DNA of 64,000 nucleotides from the human T2T-CHM13v2.0 reference genome, Homo sapiens. This document shows positions 44,040 to 63,566 of the stretch, piece by piece. Numbering within the stretch: the stretch's first letter is position 1; each line of letters begins with the position of its first letter. The DNA lies in NCBI RefSeq assembly GCF_009914755.1, contig NC_060938.1; one strand, given 5' to 3'. The position numbers were made by a program, and so were the translations under genes. The notes beneath the pieces were generated by a model. It ran no database searches and was not told the origin of the DNA. It saw nothing but the letters and a program-made list of their open reading frames with translations.

Positions 44040-44782
44040 ATTTTATTTCTTGTGGTAAAATACATACAATAAAAAGTTTACCATTTTAACCATTTTTAAG
44101 TGTGCAGTTTAGTGTATTAAGTACATTCACATTCTTACACAACTATCATCACCATCCATCTTGGCAACTCTTTCTCCTAAAAAACTGAAACTCTATACTC
44201 ATTAAACAATAATCTCCCATTACCTCTTCCTTAAGTACCTGACAACCACCATAAGACTATCTCTATGAATTTAACTAGGTATTTCATGTAAGTGGAATAA
44301 TACAATATTAGTCCTTTGGTAACTGGCTTATTTCACTTAGCATAACATCATCAAAGTTCAGGCATATTGTAGGGTGTGTCAGAATTTACTTTTTTTAAAG
44401 GCTGAATAGTATTTGATTATCTGTATATATCACACTTTATTTACCCATTAATCCATCAGTGACTATTTGGTTGCTTCCATCCTTTGGCTATTTCAAATAA
44501 TGCTGCAATGAACATGGGTGTACAATAATCTTTTTGAGACCCTTCTTTCAATTATTTTAGGTATATATTCAGAAGCAGAATTGCTGGACTATATAGTAAT
44601 TCTATTTTTAATTGTTTGAGGAACCATCATTTGTTTTCCACAGTTTGCTGCACCATTTTGTATCCCAGCAATAGTGCACACAGGTCCCAATTTCTCCACA
44701 GTGTCAACAGCTCTGGTGACTAGTTCCGTTCTGTGTGCTTCTTTGATATTAGTCAACCTAATGGGTGTGGAGTGGAATCCTG
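44040..44782 (-). mobile_element. L1MB-type 3' end
   Basis: GTGGTAAAATACATAC...TTTACCATTTTAACCATTTTTAAGTGTGCAGTT...TTGAGGAACCATCAT. Confidence 0.88.
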
Positions 44783-45344
44783 TGTTTCTTAAGCTACAAT
44801 TTATATATCTAGAGTCAACATAGCTCATATTCCTAGAATGTCAAATTATTGCAAAATATGGTAAAACCTACTTTTGTATTAAAACAATAGAGTTTTTGGA
44901 ATTAAATCCATTTTGCAAAAGAATTAATCACATATATTTGTTAAGATAAAAGTTTCCGTTTGAAAGCACAATAGCATAGCCTAGCCCTTCCCTAAGTCTT
45001 CATGAAATGCTGGTTCATTCTTCTCTCTTGATTGAGGTGCTTGGGTGGAATAATTTGTAAAGCAGTGGAAAATCTGTTCTTACTAATACTCATACCAGAT
45101 TATGTCTGCTAATATTTGAGTCTGTGGTTGACCAAATGCCTGACATATCAGATATGACTTCTATATATTCAAGTCCTATTACTGGAGGTAGGGAATGGCT
45201 GTCACACTAAGGGCTGATAACTATGGAAATTCACAAATAATCACAGAACTTTCATCTTTAATAACCCTTTCAGCCTAATATTTCCCCTATTCCTTCACCA
45301 AAGTAAGTAGTACATAATAATCTATCCAACTTTTTTTTAATTGA

Positions 45345-45560
45345 GAAACAGCATTGCAAAATAGTTAAGAGAATAGCCTCTGAAGTCAAACTACTGAAAT
45401 TTTAATTTCAGCTCAAGTGCTTACTAGCTGGTGGTCTGGGTGACATCAGGCAACTTACTTATCCTCTCTGTAACTTAGTTACATCACCTTTAAGACATCA
45501 ACACATGCAAAACACTTTGAAAAAGACTTCAACAACTGTTTGACATATTATTACTATTTA
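45345..45560 (+). mobile_element. MIR
   Basis: TAGTTAAGAGAATAGCCTCTGAAGTCAAACT...CTTACTAGCTG...GGCAACTTACTTATCCTCTCTG. Confidence 0.75.
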
Positions 45561-46659
45561 AATTACATTAAGCATACATTCAGCCACAATAATAAATATA
45601 CTATTTCTGATTAATTAGTATTAATATTCTCTATAGTTATGAATATCTATTATATCCACCAACAGGTCACTCTGTAAGTAAACAAAGGTAAACATAAAAC
45701 GAATTCACAGAGGAAAATCTTCAGGTTTGTAGGTTAAAAACTTTGCCTTGATTAGAAGTACAGATAAAAAAAATTCACTTGAATTTGTTTAATTTGGCAT
45801 TGTTAGAAAATATCCAGATCAAGGGAACATTTCATTTGGTTCACCAGTTCTAATACAAGCTACTATTCAGAAAAATCAACAGAAGTGCTTGCTTCATCTA
45901 GAAATGTGTTGTTGTATAGATGTATTATATTGCTGTTTTCCACATTAATCTACCAAAAAGTCCATAAATGACTACTGTACAACACTATCATCTGACTAGG
46001 GAAAAGCATTTCAATTCTAAATACGACATGATACTTCCTTAGGCAAACACACAGAAAAGTCACTAACATTTGGCAAATAATTGGCCCCAATAATTGAGTT
46101 CCCTGATGACGTGAAATAGTTCATGGCTACCCCCTAACTGCTGTAAAAGGACAATGAATCATGATTGTCAAAATATGAACTTTATCAGAATGACTACATT
46201 TGAATTTAGCTTGGAGTTTACTAATGAGGTGAGTATTGTTTTATACAGAAATTTCGTTTTGTTTTGTTTTCTATTATTGGGTTTAGAGTCAGCCCTGAAG
46301 ATGCCCTTACTGGGAAAAATTGAGCTAATGAATAACATAGTTACCAAAATAATTTTCACAAAACTTAATAATAAAAGCTTTAAAACTTTTTAACAATTCA
46401 GTGATTTAAAAAAATACTAATTAAGCACAAGACATTCTTCTTAGAATTGTATCATGTCAATTCCCAATGAAAATAAATACAATATTTAGTCTAGCACATA
46501 GCAGACCTAGCATATACTGTCATTTGTAATCACCTGTGACTCAAACAATTATATTTTATCATTGATCATTAGCTGTCAGAAAACAGATATGAAATGGCAG
46601 GGAAGCTCCAGTCAAAGGTTGGTGGAAATTTTTTAGTGATTCAACTCATTCATTCATTT

Positions 46660-49600
46660 AAATTATAATTCATAAACCATAAAATTTACTCTTAAAATTT
46701 TACGCATTAATAGGTGTTAGTATATGTACAAATTTTTGCAATCACAATCACTATCTAATTCCGGTCATTTTTGTCACCCGAAAAGAAACCGTTTACCAAT
46801 TAGAAGTCACTTCTCATGCTTTATTCTCCCAATACCTGGCAACCACTAACAGGATTTGCCTATTTTCAACATTTCATATAAATACAATCATACCATACAT
46901 GGCCTTGATGTCTGACTTCTTTCACTTAGCATAATGTTGTCAATGTTCGTCTGTCTTGTAGAATGTATCAAAGCTTCACTTCTTTTCACAACTGAATAAT
47001 ATTCTACTGTTTAAATTTTAGGATTAGCTTTTTATTTCCTGAAAAAAGTCAGCTCTCGTTTGATAGTTTTGATACAGATTGCATTAAATCCATAGAATAG
47101 TTTACAGAGTATTGCCATCTTAATAACATTATATTCAAATCTATTAGCACAGAACGTCTTTCCATTTTCTAGGTCTTTAATTTATTCACATTTATTAGGT
47201 CTTTGATGTATTCACAGATAATATAATTTTCTATATTGACAATTGGATTAGGTTTGTTACTATTTTCTGACTACTTTTGTGTTTATATTAATAAGGAATA
47301 TTGGTCTGTAATTTTCTTTCCTTGTGATATTCCTGTCTGATTTTGGTGTCAGAGGAACACTGGCCACATAGAAGAATTGGAAAGTGTTCCCTCTTCTTCT
47401 ATTTTTGGAATAGTTCATAAAAGATGGGTGTAAATTTTTTTAAGGCTTCTTATTTTTTTAAGTGTATGTTTTGCACTTTTCTTAAATCTGTTACTAAGCA
47501 TTTCATTCCTTTTGATGCCATTAGAAATGCAAATTTTTTCTTGGTTTGCCAATCTCTGCCTTGTGATTTGAGAATTGAATTGACTTATATTTAATGTAAT
47601 TGCCCATATTTTATTATTACATATGGCATTTTACTATTTGTTTATGTCTTATGTCTACATGTCATGTCTTTTTTCATTTCTCTGTTACTCTATTTCTCTA
47701 TTACAAGAATATTTTTTGTGTCAATAGATATTTTCTAGTGTACCATTTAAATCCAGTGTCATTTATTTTACTATATTTTTTACATTTATTTTCTTAGTGG
47801 CTGTCCTGGAATTTACAATTAACATATTCACTTATAACAATCTGTTTCTTATTGATACCAAGTTAATTTTAATAGTACACAAAAAATTGCTCTATGTAGT
47901 TCCATTCACTCCCTGCTCCTTTGTGCTATTGTCATATAATTTAACCTTCAAACACTATATGCCCGTCAACACAGATTTATAATTATTGTTTCACGTAGTT
48001 TTCTTTGTAAATTAGGTAGAATTAAAAATGAGCTACAAATTTAAAACTACGTTAATATTGTCATTTACATTTATCTATGCAGTTATATTTACTGGTGCCC
48101 TTTATTTATTCTTGTAGAGTCAAGTTACTATCTCGTTTCATTTCAGCCTAAATGTCTTCCTTTATTATTTATTTTAGGGCAAGTCAGCTAGCAATGTGTT
48201 TTCTCAGTTTTTATTCATCTTAGAATATGTTAATTTTCCCTTCATTTTTGAAGGGTAGCTTTGATGGATATAGATTTCTCATTTGACAGTATTATTCTTT
48301 CAGCACCTTGAGTCAGTCATCTCACTCTTTCCTGACTTGTGTGATTTCTGTTGAGAAATTGTCTGTTACAAGAGGTAACTTACACATAAAGGTAACAAGA
48401 GGATCCTGTGACATAAAAAGTCACTTTAATTTTCTGCTTTCAAAATTCTTTATTTAGCTTTTGAAGTTGATTGTGTTGTATCTAGGTGTGGATCTTCTTG
48501 AGTTTATCCTAAGTGGAATTCATTGAGCTTCATGGGTACACAGATGTTGTTTTTCATGAAACTTAGGACATTTTTGGCCATTATTTTTTCAAGTATTCTT
48601 TTTGCCCCTTTCTGTCTCTCCTCTGCTTCTGGAACTCCTATTATGAGCATGTTAGTATGCTTGGTTCTATCCCTTGGGTCTCTTGAGATTTTTGTTTATT
48701 TTCTTCCGTCTTTCGTTCTTGGATTTGGATAATCTCAATTGACGTATCTTCAAGTTCACTAAATTTTATTTTTGCCATCTCAAATCTGCTACTAAGCCCT
48801 TTAGTGAATTTCTCATTTCAATTTCTTTAATTTTTAATTCTAAAATGTCTGTCTTTTTATAATTTCTATCTTTATATTGATATTATCTATTTGATAAGAT
48901 ACCATTCTAATATTTTCTTTAGTTCTTTATGTATACTTTCCTTTTGTTCTTTGAAAGTATTTTAAATTGCTAATTTAAAGTATTTGCATAGTAAATCCAA
49001 CATCTGTATTTCCTCATTGGCAGGTTCTATTGACTGCTTTTATTCTTGTGCATGAATCATACTCTTGTTTCTTCACATGCCTCACAGTTATTTTCTTGAA
49101 ACCTAGACATCTGCAATAATATAATGTGACAGCTCTGTAAATCAGATTCTCTATCCCATGGTTTATTATTCTTGCTGATATATTTTTTCAGTGGCTTTCC
49201 AGAACTAAATCTGATCCTTTAAAATTTGTATTCTCTGTTGTTTCTGTGATTAGTTAGCTTAGTGGTTGGCTAATGATTGGACAGAGATTTCCTTAAATTC
49301 CTGAAAGCAATAGGTTGTCCAGCCTTTGCTCTGTGTACATGTTGGGTCATCACTTAACTGTTCAGCTGGTCAGTTTTCAACTCTGCTTTAGCCTGCACTT
49401 TCTGTTTTAACAGAGCCTCAGGGTCAGCCAGAGATGAGAGGTTAGGGCCTTTTTAGGTGTTTCCTGGGCATGTACGTAGCCCTGTGGACTCCTTGATTCC
49501 CAGGAATTAGTAGAAGCTTTTCAAAGTGCCTTACAGACATCTCATCTCTAGCTGTTTCTTTGGCAAGCTTCTTGTTTGCTCCAACTGTTATTGCTGCCTC

Positions 49601-50092
49601 AGACAGAGGTGATATCAAATAATTACAACTGTTAGTTTTCTCCCAGGGGAAAAGTGATTTGTTCAGAGTGATTTCTGAGTTGCTTCACATATAGACAAAC
49701 CCTTCCCGCAAGTGAAGAGTTTCAGAGAACTGCAAGATAAATGACAATTCTCTGAGAATAGAGCGTTGAAAAGGCATCAACCCATTGTGACCCTTCTGGT
49801 GACTGCTAACTGCCTTGTTTTCATTGTGATTGTGGGGCTGCTGGTTCGCAAGGCTACTGCAGAGCTGGAGAAAGAGGGGTAGAATTAGGACAAATTAAAA
49901 TACCACAAAGTTTGCTGTTCTTACCCAGATTCAGCCATTTTTCTTTAACAGATGTGTCTTGGATTGTTGCAAGTCTTTAGGTAATTTCCAGAGTTCTAAA
50001 AAAGATATTTAGACCATTTTTGCCAATGTTTTTATTCCTTAATGCAGAAGTGAATTTTTGAAATTCCTTACTCCACTATTCCTGCTGCCATC
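46660..50092 (-). mobile_element. Old L1M mosaic: 3' UTR, ORF2 remnants, ORF1 and 5' region with large internal deletions
   Basis: TTTCACTTAGCATAATGTT (3' UTR); GGAAAGTGTTCCCTCTTCTTCTATTTTTGGAATAG (ORF2); TTGAGTTTATCCTAAGTGGAATTCATTGAGCTTC (ORF1); CCTTACTCCACTATT (5' end). Confidence 0.8.
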
Positions 50093-50756
50093 CAACCAAA
50101 GTCCTTGATGTTTAAACATCAAATTATTTATCATCTTCAAAGAAGGTTTCAATAGATGATTTGGAATTTTACTTAGTTCCTCTCAATCAAACTCAAATAA
50201 TAGTTAATACTTACTGAATTCCTTTGGGTCTTAGTGCCTGGGAATAGCTTTTGAATATGTTCTAGGTCCAAAGGGTTGATTCAAAGTCAGATAAAACATG
50301 GCAATCATTAAAAATCCATGCTTAATAAACAGGTATCCAAGATATAATTATTTTCTTCTTATTGTTAACTTAATATAGGTCACTATGGGTGTCACAGCAG
50401 GCAACTTCAGAAAGGAGATTATATCAGATAGAATTAAGAAATCTACCAGAGACAGTGCTTATTAATTAATTATTGTGCCCCTGAGTTTTGTGAGCAGTTC
50501 AGTCCAGAAAGAAAGAAGAGAAGGATCTGCTGAGTGACTGGGGTTCTCCAGTGGACATACTGGGAAATTTATAGAGGTACTCTATGTTCAGTGGTATTGC
50601 ATCTTTTCTCACCTAAGCCATGTTTACAGTGAGACCCACTCCCATATTTCTGAAATGCTTTAAGTAGCCCCACTGAAAGGTCATAAAATAGGCTTAATTA
50701 TCCTTTTCCTGGCTTTTCAAATCTTTAGATTTCACAAGCTCTTGCCTTGTTATAGC

Positions 50757-51360
50757 TGTGAGGGTTAATTTTATATATCAACATAACTGTACTAAGGGAT
50801 GCCCAGACAGCTGGTAAAACATTATTTCTGGATGTGTTTGTGATGGTGTTTCCAGAAGAGATTAACATTTAAATCAGCAGACTGAGTAAAAAAGATCCTT
50901 TCTCACCAGTGTGGGTGGGCATCATCCAGTCCACTGTGGTCTCAAATAGAAGAAAATGTGGAGGAAGGATGAATTTTCTCTCTCTGCTTGAGATGAGACA
51001 TCCATCTTCTCCTCCCTTCAGATATCGGTGTTCCTGGCTCCTGGGCTTTTGGACTCAGGCCAGGACTTATACCATTAGCCCCTCAGTTCTCAGACCTTCA
51101 CACTTAGAATGAATTACACCACCAACTTTGTAGCTTGCAAACAGCAGATCATGGTAATTCTTGGCCTCTATAACTGTGTGAGTTAATTTATGTGATAAAT
51201 CTCCATACATACATGCACGCACACAGACACACACACACACACACACATATATATAATTGGTATAAATATACATATATACACACACACACATATATATTCC
51301 AATATGTGTGTATCTATATACACAATGTATGTGTGTTTATACACACAAGTCATTGGTTCT
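50757..51360 (+). mobile_element. MLT2 (ERVL) LTR with internal CA/TA microsatellite
   Basis: TGTGAGGGTTAATTTTATATATCAAC...GGATGCCCAGACAGCTGGTAAAACATTATTTCTGG; repeats at ~51205-51345. Confidence 0.9.
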
Positions 51361-52658
51361 GAAATAGCTAACTCAAACATTTCTGATATCAACTCTGCCA
51401 AACCTAAAATTGGTATTTCCTATATTAAACTACCTAATCCAGTACATCAATTTCTTTAAATTTTCTAGAAATGGATTAAATGACTAAGTTTTGCTAGTTT
51501 AGCTGGTAATTTTGATACAATTTGAAGTCAAATATTTCAAAACTATAGCTCCCTCACAGCTGAGGTAGATGACTTATCCTGAAAGTGTGGGTGTAAAATT
51601 ATTTCTGTCCTGTACTTTGATGTGTAATTATACTTTATTCAAATGCATCTTCAGGAATTTGAGTAGCTCACAAGCTACTTCTTAAAGGAAAAGATAAGCC
51701 CTGAGGGCTTTTACTCACATCTGTACAGGAGGGAACTCCTCTCTACAAAAAGAATTCAGTCTGACTCATGTCATAACAGCATGTGAAACATCTCATCTAA
51801 GACAATAAAAGCACTCAATTAGATGGTGCTGATTAGGTGTGATATATGCATTAATCATTGCCTAGAACTTATAGTTGTCTCTAGTTTCAACTCCATTTTA
51901 TAGAAGAGGATGCATAGGCACTAAAGTACTGCAACTAAAAAGAGGGCGAATCTTGCATTTGAACCTTGGCATTTTGTCTCTACAGCTGCACTTTATACTG
52001 CTACAATAAACCTTTGAGAGCTAGACATTTTTAATTCCTAACACAGAACTTATATGCAAACCGTGTTTTATTAGTGATATAAACACATTCTCCTATCTAG
52101 TTTCCCTTCAAAAGCTCTAAGTGGTACATATCAAAAGAAAATAGAATATTTAGAGGGGTGTATGAGTAGTTTGTCTGATAGACTAAGAACTACCTCATAG
52201 CAAATTAAACCAGAAAGCTGTAAACTTGGACCACATTCACTAAGCCTCCCACGATAACAGATTTACTAAGTAAATGGTTTACAAATTATTTACAAAAAAA
52301 AAGACAAGTAAAAAATATTGCAAATAATTTACAAGTACTAGAATTTTGATGTGATGGCCTTGATTTTTATCTAGAGTCTATATAGGACAAACCATATAAA
52401 ACTATCATTGGAAACCATCTACATATTTTGTTCAATGTCCCTTACACATAATTTTTTCCTTTGAAAAAGTAATCCACATCTTTTACAAGATTATAGGAGT
52501 TATAAAATCCATTCTGTTTACCTTGTTACTGGCTATCAGGAATTTCTGTGTGGGTTTAATCACAGTTAATATATTTGCTCCTGTAATCATATATTTTCGA
52601 CTTCCAAAAAAAAAAAAGCATTTTTTTTCTCTATTCTAAACGGTTTTTTGAAAAAAAA

Positions 52659-53194
52659 AAAAAAAGCTGCTGTTGTGAGTGATACATGCAGGGCAACTTG
52701 ATTGCTCTTAGTGCAGAATTGACATCAAGGAATTTTGGAAGTATAATTTTTTGGCAGGTGGATAGCTGGTTGTATTAGTCCATTCTCACACGCTACAAAT
52801 ACCTGAGACTGCGTAATTTATAAGAAAAGAGGTTTAATTAGCTCACGGTTCTGCAGGCTGTACAAGAAGCACAGCAGCTTCTGTTCAGCTTCTGGGAAGG
52901 TTTCAGGAACTTTACATTCATGGCAGAAGGCAAAGGAGAAGCAGCTCTTCTTACATGGCTGGAGCAGGAGCAAGACCAAGAGAGGGGAGACGTACTACAT
53001 GCTTTTAAACAACCGGATCTCATAAGAACTCACTCACTATCATGAGAACAGCACCAATGGGGAAATCCACTCCCATGACCCATGCCTCCCAGCAGGCTCC
53101 ACCTTCAACATTGGGGATTACAATTCAAGATGAAATTTGGGCGGTGACACAGATCCAAACCATATCACTGGTGATTGTTGGTCCTGGTGCCCTT
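52659..53194 (+). pseudogene. RNU11: U11 minor-spliceosome snRNA processed pseudogene in two parts (52659-52770 and 53173-53194)
   Basis: GCTGCTGTTGTGAGTGATACATGCAGGGCAACTTGATTGCTCTTAGTGCAGAATTGACATCAAG...ATAATTTTTTGG (Sm site)...GCTGGT | GATTGTTGGTCCTGGTGCCCTT; about 80% identical to U11 as recalled, many CpG decays; A-rich tail follows. Confidence 0.92.
52771..53167 (-). mobile_element. MST (MSTA-like, ERVL-MaLR) solo LTR
   Basis: TGTATTAGTCCATTCTCAC...CAGATCCAAACCATATCA; 5-bp TSD CTGGT at 52766-52770 and 53168-53172. Confidence 0.93.
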
Positions 53195-53199
53195 ACTCA

Positions 53200-53204
53200 T
53201 AAAA

Positions 53205-53247
<43 letters not shown>
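53200..53247 (+). repeat. (AAAT)n microsatellite, probably derived from the U11 pseudogene poly-A tail
   Basis: About 11 AAAT units directly after the U11 3' end. Confidence 0.9.
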
Positions 53248-53985
53248 GCCTTTTTGTGTACACATCTTTTTAAATAAGTTTTCCTCAATCCATTCTGAAA
53301 GTAAATAGGTGATTTTTTAAAGCTTTACAAAAAAAATCTTTCTCAAAATTAAGGTAAAAAAACTTATATTGTTTATCTGGAGGCTAATGCTGGAGTTATT
53401 TTTTAAAAAACCAGAAACACTACTTCAAAGAGGATTTTTAATAATAAGTTTTAAATTTAATTTACTATCATTATATACACAAAACTGGAAGAAATGGGAC
53501 TAACGACCTCTAGACTTATTACTTCAGCAAACCACCTTCCACACCCTAACAAAGCAGAAAGTAGTTATGCTCTGCTCTTTGGACCTCAAGTAAACTTCTA
53601 CCACTTCAATTTGACATCTGAGTGTCCTACAGGCTGGAGAGTCTCGACAGGTCTTGACTGTATACTAGAAATGCCTCACCCACTCTACCTGGTGGTTTGG
53701 AGCTTGTCCCTGTCCTGTGAATTAACCTAAAAGGATGTATGCCCTGGCTCATCTTAAGTAATGGCGATTTTTATTTCTCTTTATGTATTTATGTGAATGT
53801 ATTCAAGGACAGGGAAAGGAATTATCTTTAGTTTCATTGACCCTTGTCCTTTGGAAGATAAATAAGAATTTAATTAACATAAATGCTTATATTTCTTATT
53901 CTTGCTCTACTTTTCTTGTTTTAAAAAATAACTCTGATTGATGTCAAATATGCATCTTATCTCAATTTTTAGGCCAGACCCTCTT

Positions 53986-57394
<3,409 letters not shown>

Positions 57395-57754
57395 TAGGCC
57401 AGACCCTCTTAACAATGATTGCTTTTTTCTCTCCTCACTCCCTTTAACCATCTCAGATTATTTTTTTTTAATTTTCTCTGTGTTATCACAATATTTTGCT
57501 CATATCTCTATTGGTGAGCACATCTCTCTTCTCTTTAAGTGTCTAGATTTCTTTAAGGACAGTCTATCTTTGCATCCTTCCAGGACTTGGCTCTAAGACT
57601 CATACACAGTGGCACTTTAGTAAATACTAATAACTGTTACTTATTAGGACTACTGACAGAAGGACTTGCTCAGTGGATTATGCCATAAAATTCTCCATTC
57701 CTTAATATAAGCGATGAGCCTGGCCTCGTCTTTAAACTAGAAAATATGATGCTA

Positions 57755-57985
57755 GCAGTTGTAAGGGATAGCAATTAAGAATGTCAGTGCTGGAACCAGG
57801 CTGTCTGGGTTCCCAAACATGGCAAGTTATTCACCTGTTTTCAACATCCTTATCTGTAAAAGGGGATGATAAGGATAAAAAGGGGATTACAGGCATGCAC
57901 CACCACATAACTTACAGAGTATCAGAACTATAAATTAGCTAATACATGCAAAGTACTTAGTGCTTGGCATAAATTAAACCTTAGA
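57755..57985 (+). mobile_element. MIR containing a small complex insertion
   Basis: TTAAGAATGTCAGTGCTGGAACCAGGCTGTCTGGGTTC...GGCAAGTTATTCACCT...CCTTATCTGTAAAA...AATACATGCAAAGTACTTAG. Confidence 0.75.
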
Positions 57986-58879
57986 AATTCAAATAGACAG
58001 AAAGTGGAAGATGTGACCTGGAAATCAAGAAAGTTTTGAAAGAGTCAGCAATTTAAAAAGTAGAATTTGATATCAAAAATTATATTAGTACTTCATAACT
58101 CAATGAGCTATTGTGATACCTCTATATAGATTTTATAATAACTTTTCAGAAACACTTACTGTGAGACATTATCAATATTGAAAATATTTTGTCTAATAAT
58201 GTTATCAGAAAAATTATTCTACCAAATTGCATAATTTTTAAATTATTGTTTTATATCCAATATAGAAAAAATAACTTTTGCATGAGTTTTGTCTTTCCTA
58301 TGAGGTTTATCCTAGAACATTTATTTTGAGAAAACCTTCATAAAAACATAATTTGGGCAAAAATTTAGATTCTATAATAATCAATCATCTTAAAAATTAA
58401 TTACTTAACTTCCAGAGTCTAGGGTTGAATAACATATTTGTCTCACTTTACCGATAGCTGGTACTACTGACAGAAGGATTTGGATTTGGTAAAACAAAAT
58501 GAAACACATGTTTATGAAAAGATACCGCTAATAATGAGTCCTAACACACAACAAGCACTCATCTATCACCTCTCTAGAATGTTCTGATAACAAAGAAAGA
58601 ACAATATTCCTCTTAAGAGAAAGATTAAGAGAAATTTAAATCAATAAAGTTTTACTCTATGTCAACATCAGTCATAACTTAAAATACAAGCATCTATGTC
58701 TCTGTCTCCATGTCTATATTTAGATCTTTCTATTTTCTAATTTAAAATAGACCTAAATCAAAATTTTGAAAATTAAGGACAAGCAATCAAATATTTATTT
58801 CCATAATTTCTTCTCCAAAATTTTTTATTCTTCTTCATAAACTCTGTACTTTATTAATCACCCAACCCTTTCAATTTAA

Positions 58880-59203
<324 letters not shown>

Positions 59204-59245
59204 TGTCTTTGACTTTTTTATGTAGCCTTTATAAAGTAAAAATAA

Positions 59246-59555
<310 letters not shown>

Positions 59556-59894
59556 AAAAAATAATTTTTAAATCTACTTCTTCCATAATTACTCTTCCTA
59601 TGAGTTAAAAAATCATTATAAACCTTGATAGTGAAAATACAGTTATTTTTCTATAATACATTTTACTTTTGTGTTTGCTAAAAATATTCATAATTTAAAG
59701 TTTTCTTCAAATTTTGAGGGAAAGTCAATTTAGTACAGTAATTAAAAAATTCTTGAAATTTCCTGAGAGTAGCTCTAAAGTATTCTCATCACACTAGAAA
59801 GCAACTATGTAAGGTGATAGGTTAATTTGTTTGATTATAGTAATCATTTCACAACATACACATACTGTATACCAAAATATCATGTTCACCTTAA

Positions 59895-59942
59895 GTGTGT
59901 GTGTGTGTGTGTGTGTGTGCATATATATATATATATATATAT
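59895..59942. repeat. Compound (GT)n(AT)n microsatellite
   Basis: Read directly from the sequence. Confidence 0.95.
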
Positions 59943-60247
<305 letters not shown>

Positions 60248-60671
60248 AAATATATATAATTTTTATTTGTCAGTTGTGCCTCAATAAAGCTGGAAAAAGT
60301 GTGTTTGTTAGGAAAAACAGAAAAATTCCTAGGCAGTGTTAAGCCAGTAAAGTACACCCAGTTAAAGGCTATGGTTGTTTTTTTTTTTTTTTTGCATTTA
60401 TCACTATTATTATATTTAATATATTATTTATATTTGTTAATTAAGTATGAAATGGTCAGAAGGGGAGGTAACTTGATTACAATTTTAAAACTCATATCAA
60501 CAGTAGATTTTTTTATAATGTTTTACTTCATGCCAGTGCAGTAAAGCCGTGGCATTCACAACCTGCCACCTATCAGCCCTCTACAGAACCCTCAGTTAGA
60601 TTCTATTGCATTTAATATGGAGCTTGAGTCTTCCTAAGAGTCAAATATGCTTTTGGAATTTAGGGTGTACG

Positions 60672-61055
<384 letters not shown>

Positions 61056-62344
61056 TTAAATTGTAAAGTTTTAATTTCCTTTAATTTTTTTAGTGTTGGT
61101 GGAAGATAAAAACCAATAAATTGATGTGGAATTAATGACAGACTATTTTAACATACACTTCCTAATCAAAGATTTCAAAAGTCTAAAAGATTGTCAGACA
61201 TGAGAGAAAGTTAAGGAATTGATTTTAAAAGACATTCAAATTAAAAGCAAATAGAAAGTTTTTATTTAAAACCATTTAAATATCTGCGTAGAGCTGGAAA
61301 AAATATCAAACACAAAAATGTTTATTTTTAATATTAATATTAGAGATTTAAAAACATGATACTGAGTTCTGAAATAGTGTGCTAATTTATCTCTACAAAA
61401 TGTGAAGTGGACAGGTTTGATTAATGAATTGATTAATTTCTTTAAATCTTTAGTTATTTTTTACAAATATATTAAAACGTAAAATCCAGAGACAATAAGC
61501 TAAAAATGTTTGAAGAGACTGACAATTTCAATGTGAATAAGTGTATATCATTTAAAAACAAAGTAGGTAACAGTAAGAAGTAGAACTAAAAATTCCTAAT
61601 TGGAGCTGTCTTAAAAATATACTGTAGGGATACATATGGATGTGAATATATACACCTTTGAAAATAATATGCCTATATTTTCTTCAGTGAGTTAAGAGTA
61701 TATAAAATACATGTCAAATTGTGAATATTTAGGAGAAAATATTAAACTATATTTTTAAATAGTCTACCAACAATGAAAAAAGTAACAATCATGTATTCTA
61801 CACTATTTTCTCCTAGAGTACTTGCACGTTAAAATAAGGAGATTTCATTATTTTCACAAATAAACCAATAAAAAAACTCACAAAATAGGACAAAGTTGAG
61901 AAATGTATGTTTATGCATACATTCAATATGCATAATTATATACATAAAATATGTGTAATAAACTAATCAATACACTCCAATTAAATGACAATCTTAAAGA
62001 ATTATCATATAATAAGAAGTGCTACCTAATCCCCAAATTGTGGATAAATAGCAACAGCCTGTGGTCATTTCTGATGCTGCAGTTTTCCTAAGTATTCCAG
62101 TATTAAATGCAATATTTTCTTCAAGCATTTGCTTTAAGTACTACAGTACTGACATATTCATTTACAATAAGTATTACTCAGTACCTGTCCTAATAGCAGT
62201 GTAGTGCTCTCTGCCCACAACCTTCTCCTCGTAAAACACTAGCTTTCAGGAAATAAAATCTGGAACTAATAAATCTGGTTAGTTAGTCATTGGCTATTCT
62301 GGAGAGAGATTGCCACCTTCCACTTGAAAATATAACAAACTTTC

Positions 62345-62621
<277 letters not shown>

Positions 62622-62662
62622 TTTTTCATTTCATTTCATTTCATTTAAAAAATAACAAATGT

Positions 62663-63560
<898 letters not shown>

Positions 63561-63566
63561 TAACAT

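Noticed and set aside
46154-46240. Strong splice-donor-like GAG|GTGAGT near 46229 (another near 5613)
   Set aside because: No convincing paired acceptor or coding signal; such motifs occur by chance. A lncRNA exon cannot be excluded without RNA data
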